From Camelus dromedarius (taxonomy: Eukaryota): a stretch of 64,000 nt of DNA. Both the position numbers and the translations under genes were made by a program. Of this stretch, positions 12,776 to 26,835 are shown piece by piece (positions within the stretch are counted from its first letter, which is position 1; each line of letters opens with the position of its first letter). The notes beneath the pieces are model-generated. The model saw only the letters and a program-made list of their open reading frames with translations. It searched no databases and had not been told where the DNA came from. The stretch spans positions 97,094,001-97,158,000 of the forward strand of contig NC_087472.1 in NCBI RefSeq assembly GCF_036321535.1, given 5' to 3'.

Positions 12776-12981
12776 CCCCCTTACTCTGTTACTGACTGAA
12801 ATACTACTTCAAGGCCATCAGGCACTAGGGGCCATGCCTTACTCATCTGTTTCTGTATTTCATGGAGGCAGTGTGGTGTAGTTACTTATTAAATGATGCT
12901 TTAGAAGCTAGATCTGTGTTTGAATCTTGATTCCACTGCTTATTAGTTAAGCTATATGATGTATCAGTTATTTGTAAAAAG

Positions 12982-13160
12982 CAGCACTGTAGAATAGAAC
13001 TTTTCTGGTGATGAAAATGTTATCTGTTCTGCTCATTACAGGCACATGTGGCTATTAAGCACTTGAAAAGTGAGGCAACAAATTTCTTATTTTAATTAAT
13101 GTAAACTTACATCAAGTAGCCACATGTAGCTAGTGGCTTCTGAATTGGACAGTGCAAGTC
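12982..13160. mobile_element. MER3-like hAT MITE
   Basis: gcactgtagaatagaacttttctggtgatgaaaatg...cacatgtggctattaagcacttgaaa...agccacatgtagctagtggct...ttggacagtgc. Confidence 0.75.
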
Positions 13161-14229
13161 TAAGGCTTTACAAGTGTAGACAATGGCTGTGCTATTTTAA
13201 AATTCTTCTTGGATAATTCAAAGTAAAAATATAGACTGATGTAATATTACATCTTCTGGGAGCATAAAGCCATGTCAGCAAAGCGTCTGGTTAGTAAAAG
13301 GTGGTCACTGACTGTACAGGCACTATTTATAAAAGGAGATGGTGATGTGAAATGTGACAACTGGGTGACTAACACGTTTAGTCTTCTCCCCTGGGAATCC
13401 CCAGGAGCTTGTTCTCTTGCCCCCGACGAACGTGTGTGTTCGGTGCAGATACTGTGAGATTTGAGTGGCTTTAGCAGGCTATGCTTTACAAAATTTGTTC
13501 ACACACATTATCTGCTTTTATCTTCCAACACCTTGATGATGATATTGCTGATCCCATTTTATGGGTGAGGAAATTAAAACCGCACAGAGGTTAAATGTCT
13601 TGGTCACGGGCACATTAATGGTTCACAGCCTCAAACACAGAACTTTGGGGCTCTGAAACAATGCTAATTCCACTATGCCAAAACAAGTACTCAGTGAACT
13701 TGACTCCAGGTCTACTGCACCTCTCTCTAACAGCACTGATGTCAGTCAGTAGTTGAAACTGAACATGAGCTGCCAGGGCCCTCTCCATGGACACCTCACC
13801 TCTGGCAACCACAGAGCTGCGTCCTTGTCTCAGAAACACAACATGTAGCTCCTATGTGTACCTGCTGTGCCTTCTGGTCCAATGTAAAGAATGTTTCTGC
13901 AAAGGCAAATGGCAGGTGACCCTGTGTGAGAAGCCTTTGGAAGAAAGGAAGCTTTGGCAATCACATAGTGACGGTAGCAACAACAGCCACAGTGGGTGTG
14001 TGTGGAGCGGGGGGCTATCTCTCTCCCCCTCATCTCAGAGTGTACTTTCTTCTACTCAGCCCCTTTCTCCTAGTATCCAGCACCTGGAGACAGGCAGCAG
14101 GGGCATGGCCCTCTGTCCAGTATGCTGGCCTTAAACTGTGAACTTGAAAGGTTCAGACTTAGGTAGTACCCTTTGCACAGTCACTGTGACAGCATCATTC
14201 AAAACTAATGGCTGAACAAATAACTTTTC

Positions 14230-14370
14230 CAGCGGCAGCAGCAGCCCTGGGAGCTTGTTAGAAATGCAGAAGCTCAGGTCGGCTGTCCCAGACCTATTGA
14301 ATCAGAATTGAACATTAATAAAATTCCCAGGGAATTCGAAAGCATATTCAAATTTGAGAAGAATTGCTAA
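14230..14370 (+). mobile_element. MER5A-like fragment
   Basis: cagcagcagccctgggagcttgttagaaatgcagaagctcagg...ccagacctattgaatcagaa...aaatttgagaag. Confidence 0.7.
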
Positions 14371-15482
14371 TCTTCACTTAAACTGAGGTTAGTTTTGTTT
14401 GAAGAGTTTAGGCATAGAGAACTAGGGAGGCAGAAAAATCTTCTTCGGTGGATTTGATTTTGATCCTAAATAATTATAGATTTCTTTTATAACCCTATGA
14501 AAAGAAATTTTAGAAAAGGGAAGGTGGGGGAAATGCACTGACCTACATGATTAAAACCCCTAGTCAGCAAAATTTGACATTTCACGGCTTCAAAGGGCTT
14601 TACAATTATCACTTTGCCTGGTTCTCATGATCTCCGGCAGTTCTGACCCACTCTTCCCTTTGAAGTGCTTGCAGATACACTTATGTTGGCAAGATTTCTC
14701 TGGGAAACACTGGAGTTATGTAAATTCAGTGAGAGAGAAGGGTTATCACCTTTTTCACCTAAATTGCTGGAGAATCCCTTTCTGGCCTGCCACCTTGTGA
14801 GGAGGGGTGATGAGAACTTTGAAACAGGAGCCCACAGCCTCCCAGAGCTTTTAATTCCAAAGACACTTCTGCACAAGAAGTGAATGCTTCCTTTGTGTGC
14901 AGAGCCCTGTCGAGCATGAAGATGAGGTTCTGAGCCCTGAGAAACCACCTTGATGAGCGGAATGCAATCTGCCCATCGCCACTGACAGCTCTGCCTGGCT
15001 AAGAACTTAGGAGCTGTATGCTCAGCATACGATGAATCCAATCGTCTGTAATGACTCAGATGGCGTTATTAAAGACCAACAAATTGCCAATCTGAGTATT
15101 GAGAATGTAGATTGAGCACCCATTATTGCCTCTTGGATCAAAATTTAAAAATGCCTACATGTATTTACTCAACAGGCAATAATGGGTCTGAAAGGGCTCG
15201 CACATATGAGGAAATAATAGTCACTTTCAAAGCAAATGGCAATAATGATAACACACCTTCCAGAAGGATATGGTTACACAGTGCCTTCACATACCTTATC
15301 TCACTGCACCCTTACCGCGGGTGGATGTGGGGGATGCTGTTACATCCAGTCAAATAGGAACTTGCTTCTCAGGGAGGTTAGGCGACTTACCCAAAGTCAC
15401 CTCCTTAGGAGAACTGGGATTTGATCTTGGCTTTACTGACTTCAAGTCCAGTGTTCTGTTCACAAAAGCTAAACTTGAGCCT

Positions 15483-15630
15483 TGCTACTCAAAAGTGTGC
15501 TCCACTGACTGGCAGCATCCACCTCACCTGACAGCTTGTTCGAAATTCAGAATTGCAGGTCCCACCCCAGCTGAATCAGAATCTGTGCTTTTACAAGATG
15601 CCCAAGTGTTGTGTGGGCACATTAAAGAGT
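15483..15630 (+). mobile_element. MER5A-like fragment
   Basis: tgctactcaaaagtgtgctccactgactggcagcatc...ctgaatcagaatctgtgcttttacaagatgccca. Confidence 0.7.
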
Positions 15631-17199
15631 CCAAGAGCAATCAGTCTTTACTCAGTATGACCACTTGCCTACATGCCATACCCAAACCAGAATCAAAACA
15701 AAAGGCAACAATGCAAACGTCACAAAATTAAGGTAGAGTATCACAAAGATTTTTTCTGAGCACTTACGATAGTTCTATAGCAGAAATACAGTTTTTCTTG
15801 AGACAATTAGAAGGAATTGACAAAAGCATGGCATTTGACAAATTCATTGAGCCCATGGAAGAATGGGCAAAGGAATATCACCTTTAATGCTAAGAAATTA
15901 GCAGCTCTCATGTTTCCATTAAATTCACCAGAGATACACTGATTTTGTACCAGTATCATTTTTAAAGTTCACGTCTTAGAACAAGTCTGTTATCCTGGGC
16001 TCTTAAGAACTGCGAGGCTGAGTAACATCAGAATGGTGATCTCTTGAACATTGATGCTACATCTAGGAAAACCACTTGTCCTTGACTTTTTAAAAATGTG
16101 TTTCATGTTTACATTTAAGTAATCATTTGACCAATGTTTTGAGACTTTACGTCATGCAAATAAGGACGTAGTAGAGAGCTGACTTTGAGGGTGCTTGCTG
16201 GGAACTGCAGATTGCTCTGCCCTCCCAAATGGGAATGGACCACTGGAGACTGAGATCAAGTTCACATCTTTCCAAACTGTACTTGAACCAAAGGAGGTGA
16301 TCAGGTGTTTGTTTTTCTAAGAGTTTCTCCTCCTATTAAGTAAATGTCAGCAGATCCTGAAGCAGAATGGATGCTTATTGCTTATCATCAAGTTTGAAAC
16401 CAAAATTTGTCAAGGATAAGAAATGATGACAGATCTAAAGAAATCACATGGTCACGCTACCTGGCAAAATTATATTTGACCAAAATAAATCAACAGGGAA
16501 GGGAGAGAACACTCTCCATCCTACAAGACATCAACCAGCAACAATATATTAAGCACCTGCTGTACACTCCACATTATACTAGTTTCTAGGAGAGATATGG
16601 GAATATGAGACATTGTTTCTGCCCTTGAAGAGCTTATGATCTTGCTTAAGAAAAACTATCGAGTGACAAGACAACAAATTACATAATAGTGTGGAGTTAA
16701 GCATTAAGAATGTGGATACAACTGAAAGCCAGATAAGCCAGATAGATTTAAGGGAGGAAGGGAGCCATGAATTTGGGAAGGTCTAATAAAGTAGGAGACA
16801 TGTGAGTCTGACCTCAAAGGAAGGAATGAGTGCATTTCTAGGGGGGAGAAAATACAAGTAGATGTGTGAAGATGGGGGCTGTGAAATGAGGGCCTGTATT
16901 CATAAAGGGAAGAGGGGCTGGACACAGGTCACTCAAATGTAGGGGTTTAGCGTATGAAACCCCAGGTCCGTGTAGTGTCCAGGCCCTATTTGGAATCATC
17001 TTTACCACCATCCAGTGGCAAAACTGAAAATGGAAGTTACTTATCAAATTCAAGAATAACTGAATGTGGATCATTCTTGCCAAGGTGATGGTGGCCATCT
17101 TGTTGAGTGAAGAGACAAACGTCCTTTAGCAATGTGGGCCCCAAGCTCGTAGATAAATATCTCTAGACGGAAGTAAGACCTTAGTGCAGATGCTCCCAG

Positions 17200-17665
17200 G
17201 GTCCCACCCATATTCTGTCAGTTCACACTCACCTCTACTTGTCAGGCTACTTACTGCAAACACCTGCTGCTCTTTGCTTCTGGCTTTTATAAAACAACAA
17301 AAGCTGTTCTGATTATAGGGACACATACGGCATCTGGAATTGCTCGAGATTTATTTAATGTCCTGGGATGTAGCCTGATCAATTAATTAATGATGGCTGG
17401 AGAGCTGGGGAATGAATAGCCGGCTCCTTCACCCACAGTTGGGATAACGTGGGTGATACGTGTTCTCCAGTGTCTCCCTGAGTTCCCCAGTGAGACTGAG
17501 CCCTGGGTGGACACTTGCTTGAGAACACTCCCATGACTGGCTTCCTGCTACTCCCTATTTCACGTCCTTACTTCCTTAACAGTGTTTTCGGATATCACCT
17601 CCCAAGGTAACTGCTTGTATTCCATCCTCATCTTGGCTATACTTGAAGCCCATGACTTAAACCTA
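17200..17665 (+). mobile_element. ERVL solo LTR (LTR16-like), diverged
   Basis: gagttccccagtgagactgagccc...cacctcccaaggtaactgcttgtattccatcctcatctt parallels the 1640-2100 copy. Confidence 0.55.
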
Positions 17666-19607
17666 AAGTGGAAGATGAGGATCTTTCAAAACACCAGACA
17701 CAATATTCTCGAGAGGATTTTCTTAGAGAGCATGAAGATAAAAATAGCTTCCCTATTCCCCCATTGTCTTCTTTTGTTCAAAACCTGAATTCTGAAGTTG
17801 CAGGAACAACATATTATTCAAGGCTTCCCATATGAAATAACAACTGGTGTTGATTTCCTTTTTTTTTTTTTTTTTTGGTCTTTTAAAGGTTAGAGATTAC
17901 TCACCTCCCCTGCTGGTCATTAAATCAGTCTGGCAGGATTCCTCGGAAGTTCTGTGGCCTTCCGGGCATGTGGCGGCAGCACAGGCAGTGCTGCAGACAG
18001 GCCTGCTTGCTGTGATGTGCTACCAAGCAGGTGACTTCAAAGGCCTGCTTCAAGCCCATCTCAGGTATCCCTTGGGGCTCACACTGAGCCCCAAAGTCAG
18101 GTACCAGATGGCAGATAACACAAAGTCAAAGCTGATCAGATCCCCTGGCTCTTGTGCCAAGGGATGCTGCAACCTCTCAGGCAGGAAACAAGTAACTTCT
18201 TTTAGCTTCCTTCTCCTTCTCTTAATTATCCTAAGAAGTCACCAGTTTGGTGCTCAGCTGTTTGTATGAGGTTTCTAAGTCGGGTGCATCCTGAGAGGTT
18301 TAGTCTTCCTGTTCATTAAAAAATATCATCCTTCTCTAACTCTAACATGGCATCTGTCAAGATACTGAGTCATTAAAAAGGTGCGCTTCCTCTTACACTA
18401 CAGCTTTATATTTAAATTTCAGTTTATCTTTTGAAGAGGGCGATGTTCTGTTGGAGTTCAGCAGGTGCTCTGGTTGGCTGGGTGGGTGGGTCCGTGGATG
18501 TGAGTTTTGGTGTATTTGTGGGAAAGGGTGAGCTACGAGCATCCTTCTACTCCGTCATCTTGGCCCCTCCTTAAATTTCAGTTTAAATTAGCAGTTTACC
18601 CAAAGTTTGTCCCAAATGCTTATCTACATGGGGGAGTAAAAGATTGTTCCCGAAGTCTAAATGAGACAACACACAGTGGGCATTTGAGGATGCTAGTCAC
18701 ACAAATGAAATGTGTTAGAAGTCAGACAACCTTAGAATGATATTGTACTTGGATTATCTGGATGCTGTTCCTATGAAATGCCAGGGGAATGAAAAGCCAT
18801 CTCACTCTCCTTACTTTTCTCTTAGTGCAAAAATAAAGTGCAAAAGGCAGTTGGCTTGTCCACCGGATGCACGAATGCTGCCCTTTTAGGCCTGGCCTCA
18901 ATCATTTCTAAGAGTACCTACCACCTGGATAACTCATAGTAAGGACTGGGCTACCCAAGTCATTGTAGCACCTGTCACCAGACAAAGCACCCTGAGATGC
19001 TAAGAGCATATCCCAGTGTCTGTGGAGATGACCTTTAAGGTGCCTTCCAAACCCAAGGGTCTTTGATCCCGTTTCTTGGATGCAAGTTCTTTTGTCATTT
19101 TATGTTCAGAAAAGCAAAGCAGCTGGACTAGGTAACAAAGCACTGCCTCCTGCCTCCTCGGCAGCTCACTGCATACAGTGGGGTCTTAAATCCTGTCAGG
19201 AGAAGCCCAGCCTAGTGGGTGACTGCTACGGATTGAGGGTCAGGCCTGCCAATAACGGGCGCTCTGACAAGTCTCAAGGCCAGCATCAATTCAGCAGCCT
19301 TGCTACTGAAGCAGTTAGACTCTTTTCAGTTTCTTGGGTTCGTCTACGGTGGGATTTAGACCATAAAGGACAGAGCTATAGGAGAACAAGATGACTGCAT
19401 CTTGGGGAAGATTACGCAGGAAAATCTTGTCTTTGCCTGATTGTTCAACCAAACATCTCCTCAGAAGTCATAGTATTTGACCCCTTTCGAAGTTCTAGAA
19501 GATTTTTGGATGTGAACTTCTCTTTGGCATTTTTACATTTTACGTAATCAGTGCAGATGAAAAAAATCCAAACAAAAGAAACACACAAAGAACCCCTTCA
19601 AGCAGGA

Positions 19608-19793
19608 TTTGGGGCCAGATAATTCTTTGTTGTGCAGGGCTGTCCTGCATGCATAGGATGTTGAACAGCATCCATGATCTCCACCCACTAGATGCCAGTA
19701 GCCACCCACCCTCAGTTGTGACAATCTAAAGTTTCTCCAACCATTGCTGAATGTCCCCTGCAGGGCAGAGTTGCCCCTGGTTGAGAACCACTG
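19608..19793 (+). mobile_element. MER20 hAT MITE (5' truncated)
   Basis: ggggccagataattctttgttgtgcagggctgtcctg...cccactagatgccagtagc...gttgcccctggttgagaaccactg closely follows the MER20 consensus. Confidence 0.88.
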
Positions 19794-19854
19794 GTTATTA
19801 AACAGCATTAACGTCCTGAAATTGCTCCTGGAAGGGAGTTTTGGAAGACTGTAT

Positions 19855-20025
19855 AGGCACTTCTTCATGTAAAGGACCAAAGAGTAAATATTTTAGGCTT
19901 TGAGAGTCACAGGCCATCTCTGTCTCATATTCATCTTTGTTTTTGTTTTGTTTTGTTACAGTCTTTTAAAAATGTAAAAACTCCTAAGCTCAAAAATAGG
20001 CTGGAATTTGCCCATCCTTAGACTG
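19855..20025 (+). mobile_element. MER58-like hAT MITE fragment
   Basis: gtaaaggaccaaagagtaaatattttaggctttg ... ttttaaaaatgtaaaaact ... ggctggaatttgccc. Confidence 0.6.
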
Positions 20026-23000
20026 TAGAGAAAGAAATGATGGCAATTCCTGTAATGACTGAAATTGCTGAGACAGTATTTGGAAAAACTGGGATCTTGA
20101 TCCAGCTACCAAGTCTCTGTGACCCTGAGCTAGCACTTATGCTGCCCTTCGTGGAATGCTTGAATTAAATAGTTCCAAGTTAAATTCTATTAATCTCATT
20201 TTGCAACTTAGTTCTCCTTCATATATTTAAACATAAAAAGTTTAAATAAATAGAAACTCAACATTTGAACAGTGAGATTCCCTGAGTAAGTAAGAGGAAG
20301 AATGTCTGTGTAGTGAGGATGTGTCCTTCCCTTGCTTTGGAATAAAATATCCTATGTGGTTCCTCTGAAGAAGAGGATGTTGTGCAGAGGAGATGCCTCT
20401 ACCCAGTTTCAAAATTGGAGTTTTGATATGACTACACAGATGATCAAGGAAGGAAGAATGCTATCTTGGAAAAAGAAAAGCCTAGAAACTGCCTGAAAAT
20501 TGTAAACATAAAAATGTTATTTTGAAGATATATTTCATAGTAGTTTCTGTGGAGTTTTCTTTGCCCATCACATAAACGTCTGAGTAAACTAGGGCAGACA
20601 GTCCATTAGACAGATATTTACCGAGGGTCTACTAGGTGCCAGGGACTGTGTGAGGCACTGGAGTTGAATCCACCTGGACCCGACCATGAACAGCACTCAA
20701 GCAGAAAATTGCTGCATTCAATCATCCAGAGACTTTTCCAGTAAAATATTTTGTCTTTGTATATTGCTAATTCCAAATAGCTTATGGTTTACTTTGGGCA
20801 TGTAGAATCTCTATATGTGGATTTCCATTGAGATCAGGCAGCATCCGTCAAGAGAATCTCCTTATGATCCAGATGCCACTTTTAGAACAGTGGTATGGGG
20901 TGGGATGAGACTTTGATCAAACAGACTTCATTTAGATAACAAAAATGTACATTTTAAATCATTCAGGTAGTTTATCACATGGGAGGCAGTAAAGAAGAGT
21001 GAAAAGAGCACTGGGCTAGGCGTTAAAACCCTAGGTCCCAGTCCTGGTTCTCTTTGTCTTTCTTCTATGGACAAGTCAGTTAATTTCTAAGGAACACTTT
21101 TTACATCTGTAAAATGGAATAATACCACTTTTCCTGCCTACCCTGAGGTGTTCACTATATTTAAACACACTGTACATGTTTATAACTTAGAAGCTGTTAT
21201 AAAGGTGATATCGTTATTATAGGCACTGGGCTAAACTGGCTCTTCACTCTACACAGATGATTCTGGAATAAATCAAGTATTGTCTCGGCCACAGCCAGAT
21301 CAGTTCTCAACTAAGACCTGCTTACACTTCATTTTAGGTGATCCAGAAGAAACATATCTATAAAAGCTCATGAGGTACTAACTCTAAAATTTGCTGCAAG
21401 ATGAACATCATGGATTTTGTTAAAATAGAATAATGAGCTAAATTTAATCTTCTAGGGAAATGAAGACTTTTAAAGATCAACATGTTTTTAAAGGGGTTCA
21501 GAAATTAGTGGTTGATCCCTTACCAGCACCATCAGGTCCCACCCACTTCCACCCCAAATTACATCCTTGCCCTGCAGCCTTCAGAGGAAAACCATTGCTA
21601 GGGAGAGTCACCCCTCTCATAGATGGTGGTCAGATTCTACACTGCCAAGGTCAGAGCACCTCTGCAATCATGTCACTCGCATGAATTTGAGGAAGTGCCT
21701 GCAAAGCAGATCAGCTGGATTTTTGAACATGGATTATTTTTTCTGTGATACCCTCAATTATACTTTTCAAAAATCAACCTGGATTTTCATTTTTTGTCAT
21801 CATCCCTTCCCAGTCTGTTTTTGATCAGAAAGTAGTTGGACTGAAATCCCAAGAAGGATCTCCTTCTTTGAAGAGGTACCACCCCCGAGCATTCTGAGGA
21901 GTAAATGGCACAGCCCTGCAAGTTACTTCCTTCAGTTTCATAGTGAAGCCTCAGACCCTGGTTATGCTTTGTCCACTTTCCTTCAAATGTGATGTTATAA
22001 AATAGGCAGGGGCTGGTTGGTATCGTGTACAATGTCAGCTGTCAGGGCTGTCCTTGATGCCAGCAACAGAGTATCAGAATAACACTAGTAAGGGCAGAAA
22101 CAGTGACTCTCTCACTCCTAACACCTTTTGTAAAGGACAAATCTTTCATGTCTCTAATAGGAAAAAGAAAAAAGATAAGTGCGTGTTGCACACTTTACAT
22201 TACCATGACTACCGAGGGTCCATTGTTTTTTCTGTCCTCTCGGCTCCAAACCTAACAAATATACGGGTTGGATATAAGAAAAAAAAATGGATATATAAAA
22301 TTGAAGGCAATTCCCTCAGTTTCATAAATCTGGGTTTTCGTAAGTGCTATGAATTCATTTCACCAGAGAGCCATCAGCTATAAATGAGTTCTGACCACTC
22401 TTGCACTTGATTGTGGTTTTCCCTAGATATCTAGAACATGAAAAAACATCCCATTTCTTAAAACAATTCACTGACAAGACCGCCGTCCTTTAAACTTGCC
22501 CTTTAGATCCAGAGGCAAAGCCAGCCTCCCTTTCCCTCCTGACCCAACTTTCTCTTCTGATATGGTTTTCTGTCCTGAACAGATCAAAATCAAATAGGAG
22601 AGAAACAATCTAGTTGAAAAGAGATCTGATGTGCCTGTTGATGTCTCATTAACCTTGAGAGTGAATGTAACTGGTGACTGCCCGTCACAGTGGCGTGACG
22701 GTTTGTTAGGGTGGAAAGAAAAAGCCAGTGGGAACAATCACCTCAAAAAAAAAATACAAAAAACATCATTTAGTAGATCATCTATCAGAAGATGGGACAG
22801 CTTTCTAACTGTCAGGACTGGCTAAATTATAGTTTTCTTAAGCCTATGATGAAACTACTACATGTTTTCTTGGGAAAGTATCTGGAGCAGTATTTATCTG
22901 TGTGTCAAAATACGTTACTTAAAGTATTGGGGGAAAAAGCCACTTCAATGTTGGAAATCTAATCATGAGAAAAACAAACAGCTTGGGATTAATGTTATGA

Positions 23001-24363
23001 AGGTTCTGTGATGAGTATGGTGATAATGTGTGTGCTATTAAAAATATCACCTGCCACCCAACGTGGGAAGGTCCTAATTCCACTAAGTTCCTAGTCAGAT
23101 TCTACTTATTACTAATTGCTGATTGATAACATGTCAACAAATAAAGGGAAGAAAATAATAGAGGAAAATTGGCTTGTCTCTAGGGATCAAGGGTTACCTG
23201 TAGAGGAAAAGAGAAGGAAAGCATTCCCCAGGTTCACTGGCTGACTTCCCGTGGAATAAGTAGACTAGAAATCTAACCAGCCTCCAGATCTGGACCAGAG
23301 ACTCACACAAAACCAGCACCTTCCATCACTCCGCCCCAGGGCTGCAGCTGGGACTGGTTCCTGTCTGCCCTCCCCAGAGGAGAACCTTAAGTAAACAAGA
23401 TCCATAATCCCTACCAGGACTTGGATGGAACATTCTCCCCTATTTTTGCTTTTCTCTCTCAAGGTCTCCACTTTCCCAATTCTAGCCCTCACTCCTCTGC
23501 TTTTCTTAGGAACTTCTTGAAAGTTACACCATGAACCTCACTTTTTACATCAATTTCCCACCTCGGGCTGACGGCACAACCTGTTTCTGCCACTGTCACC
23601 CTCTAACCAGCTGCTCGGTTTCGTGTGCTCTCCTCAGGGCCACACAGACTGGCTTCTGTCCTCATCTTTCTGTCTCTGCCCCTCACCCTCACGCCCAAAT
23701 GCACCCAAATAAAAGTAGATCAGTCGAATCCCTCATTTCCCAAAGAAGTTTTTGCATTTCGGAGGAGAGGAGCTACTGTGAAAGAGGAAACATTTGCGAA
23801 TTACACACATCACTTTCCACCCTAGAAGACCGAGATGGCTACCTCGCTCGGGGGAAGAGGGCAGCAGGGCAGCCCCGGTTCTCGCCAGTACCGCACTTCT
23901 TGCTGGTGGGTGGGAGGCATTTTCTTCACCATCCCGCTTCACATTCCTCTGCCGCCTCACAGCCCCTCCTAGCAGCCTTTCCCAAAACACTCCGGGGCCG
24001 GAGGAAGGGGAGAAAAACTGAGGACAGGAGAGAGGGGGGTCTCTGAATTCCCCCAGTATAGTATTTTGTTTTCAAGTAGCAGGACTTTCTAGAATGTCTT
24101 CTCTAGTTCGGCTCCTTCTGGCCCAGTTGCCCCAAAGCCTCCCTGCCCCCAAGACCAGTGCATCCAAAACAAGCGCACCGACCAAAGCACCGTGGCCGCC
24201 GCCGCCCCAACTGTTGCAGCGGCTGCCGGGGTGGCGAGAGACGGCGGCGAGGGCAGGGCCGGGCCCGCACCCGGACGCTCCCCGCCCAGGAGGCTGGGAG
24301 GCTCCGGGCGGCCTCCGAGGGGCGCGCAGTGCAGGGGAGTCCCTGCGGCAGCCGCCTGGGCTA

Positions 24364-25095
<732 letters not shown>

Positions 25096-25943
25096 CTACC
25101 CCGTGCTCCCTCCCCACCCTCTGCTGCCTCCCAGCCCGAGGGGCTCCGCGCGGCGGGGCAGCGTCCCGCCTCAGCGCGGGAGGGGCCCGGGGCAGCCCCC
25201 GCGGCGCGTCATGACCCCACTCACCCGACCCCCAAGGCCAACGACGGGGTGGCGCGGGGAGCGGCGGCGGCGCAATCGTGGGGAGACTCTGCGCGCCAGC
25301 CTAGGAACACGAGGACGGAGAATTCCAGGCTACACCCAGTCCCCTCCCCTCCCTGCACTCCCCCTCCCCCGGCCCGGCCCGCCGCGCACGCCCTTCCCTC
25401 CCTCCCCTCCCCGCCTCTGTCCTCCTCCGGGGAGACCCAGAGATGAATAAAGAAATGGTCCCGATTTTCCAAACAAAAAGTAAAGAGTTTTCCCGGGGGG
25501 CGTCGGGCGGACCGGCTCAGAGCCGAATCCCCCCAGAGGCGGAAAGGAGGAGGCTGAAGACTGCGTGCGCCCTGGCTCTCGCCAGGCTCAGGTGGTGGCG
25601 CGCACTGGCTGGTGCGGAGAGGGGGTGGGGAGCGAAGACGCTCGAACGTGGAAATCACGCCTCCTCTCAAGTAAGAGCCATTTAAAATATTCCCAACACT
25701 GCAGCTTCCGCGGGACCACAGAGTCCGGGTGTGCGTCTGGGGCACGTCCACTTGAAAGGCGCCTGTGGAGAATCTTTCTTTTCGTTCTCATTTAGGGTCG
25801 CTCCAGAGTGGGTTGGACAGTTCTGCGGCGCGCCCCTCAATTTCCCCACCCCGTCCCCCAGTAATAAAAGTGCTGATAATGATGGTCAGTCGGTGGAGCC
25901 GCCGGTCGCCAGGGCTCTGATGCTCCCGGACTCCCCCCTCTCC

Positions 25944-25977
25944 GCGGCGGCGGCGCCGCCGCCGCCGCCGCCTCCTC

Positions 25978-26013
<36 letters not shown>

Positions 26014-26056
26014 CTCCTCGTCCTCCTCCTCCTCGTCCTCCTCGTCCTCCTCCTCC
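25944..26056. repeat. Compound triplet repeat (GCG)n/(GCC)6 followed by a TCC/TCG mosaic
   Basis: Directly visible: gcggcggcggc gccgccgccgccgccgcc tcctcctcc tcgtcctcgtcc... Confidence 0.95.
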
Positions 26057-26782
26057 TCTCTCTGTCGTCACTGGCGGGGCTGGGGGACCTGGAGCGGCGG
26101 GGCTGGAGCGGGCGCCCCTGCGGGCAGAGTGTTTGTGAACAGCTGGTCAGGGAGTCAGTAGCGTTACTCCCCTTCTCTCCTCCTCAAAGGAGCGAGTGTG
26201 GGAGTGGGTGACACCTTATCTCAGACCTGGAGAGATACTGGTCTCCGAGAGTGCCGAGCCGCAGGGGGCGCAGGGGAACCCGGGGGGCGCCGACGGCTCG
26301 GCAAAGTTGGGCGTGTGCTTCTGCGCGCCAGCCGTGAGCTAGCAGGCAGCCACTGTGGTTCCCCTCGCACTCTTCCTCCAGAGAATTCCCCGAGAAGGCG
26401 GGCGCCGGCTTCGGGCCCGGGATAGACCTGCGGCGGCGGCGGGAACGGCCACGCACAGGTACAATTTAGCGCGGTTCGTTGCGCGCTCCAAGCCCCGGGG
26501 TCCATCCATTGCAACGCAGACCGAGCGGAATCTCGGAGTCTGGGCCACTAAGGCGCTCTGTCCGGCCAGGGGGATGGGGACCGGGGCTCGGCGAGGGGTC
26601 CCCAGGCTTTGAGCTCTGAGCACTCGGCCTTCCCGTCCCACGCCTCCGGTCGCTCCTGCTTGGCCTCTTAGTGCCAAGGGTCAAGCGAGAGGCGGCTGTG
26701 ACTGGAGGCGCGGTCCCTGGAGTGTGGCCCGCACTACTGAGCAAGGGCATGCATATTAATCAAAGCTGAAGGAAGACGGGAT

Positions 26783-26835
26783 AGGGGGAGGAGGAGGAAG
26801 AGAGGGAAAGAGGAGAGGGAAGAGGGAGAGGGAAA
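26783..26835 (+). repeat. 53-nt pure purine (G/A) tract
   Basis: agggggaggaggaggaagagagggaaagaggagagggaagagggagagggaaa contains no pyrimidine. Confidence 0.9.

Noticed and set aside
25171..25212. Upstream ATG at 25212 in frame with PTCHD1
   Set aside because: Stops at TGA after 13 codons, and a second in-frame TAG lies at 25098. It cannot extend the protein.
25970..26060. Minus-strand GAG/GAC run that looks like an acidic Asp/Glu coding tract
   Set aside because: An in-frame TGA (26070-26068) lies immediately upstream, with no ATG and no polypyrimidine acceptor in between. Better explained by triplet slippage.
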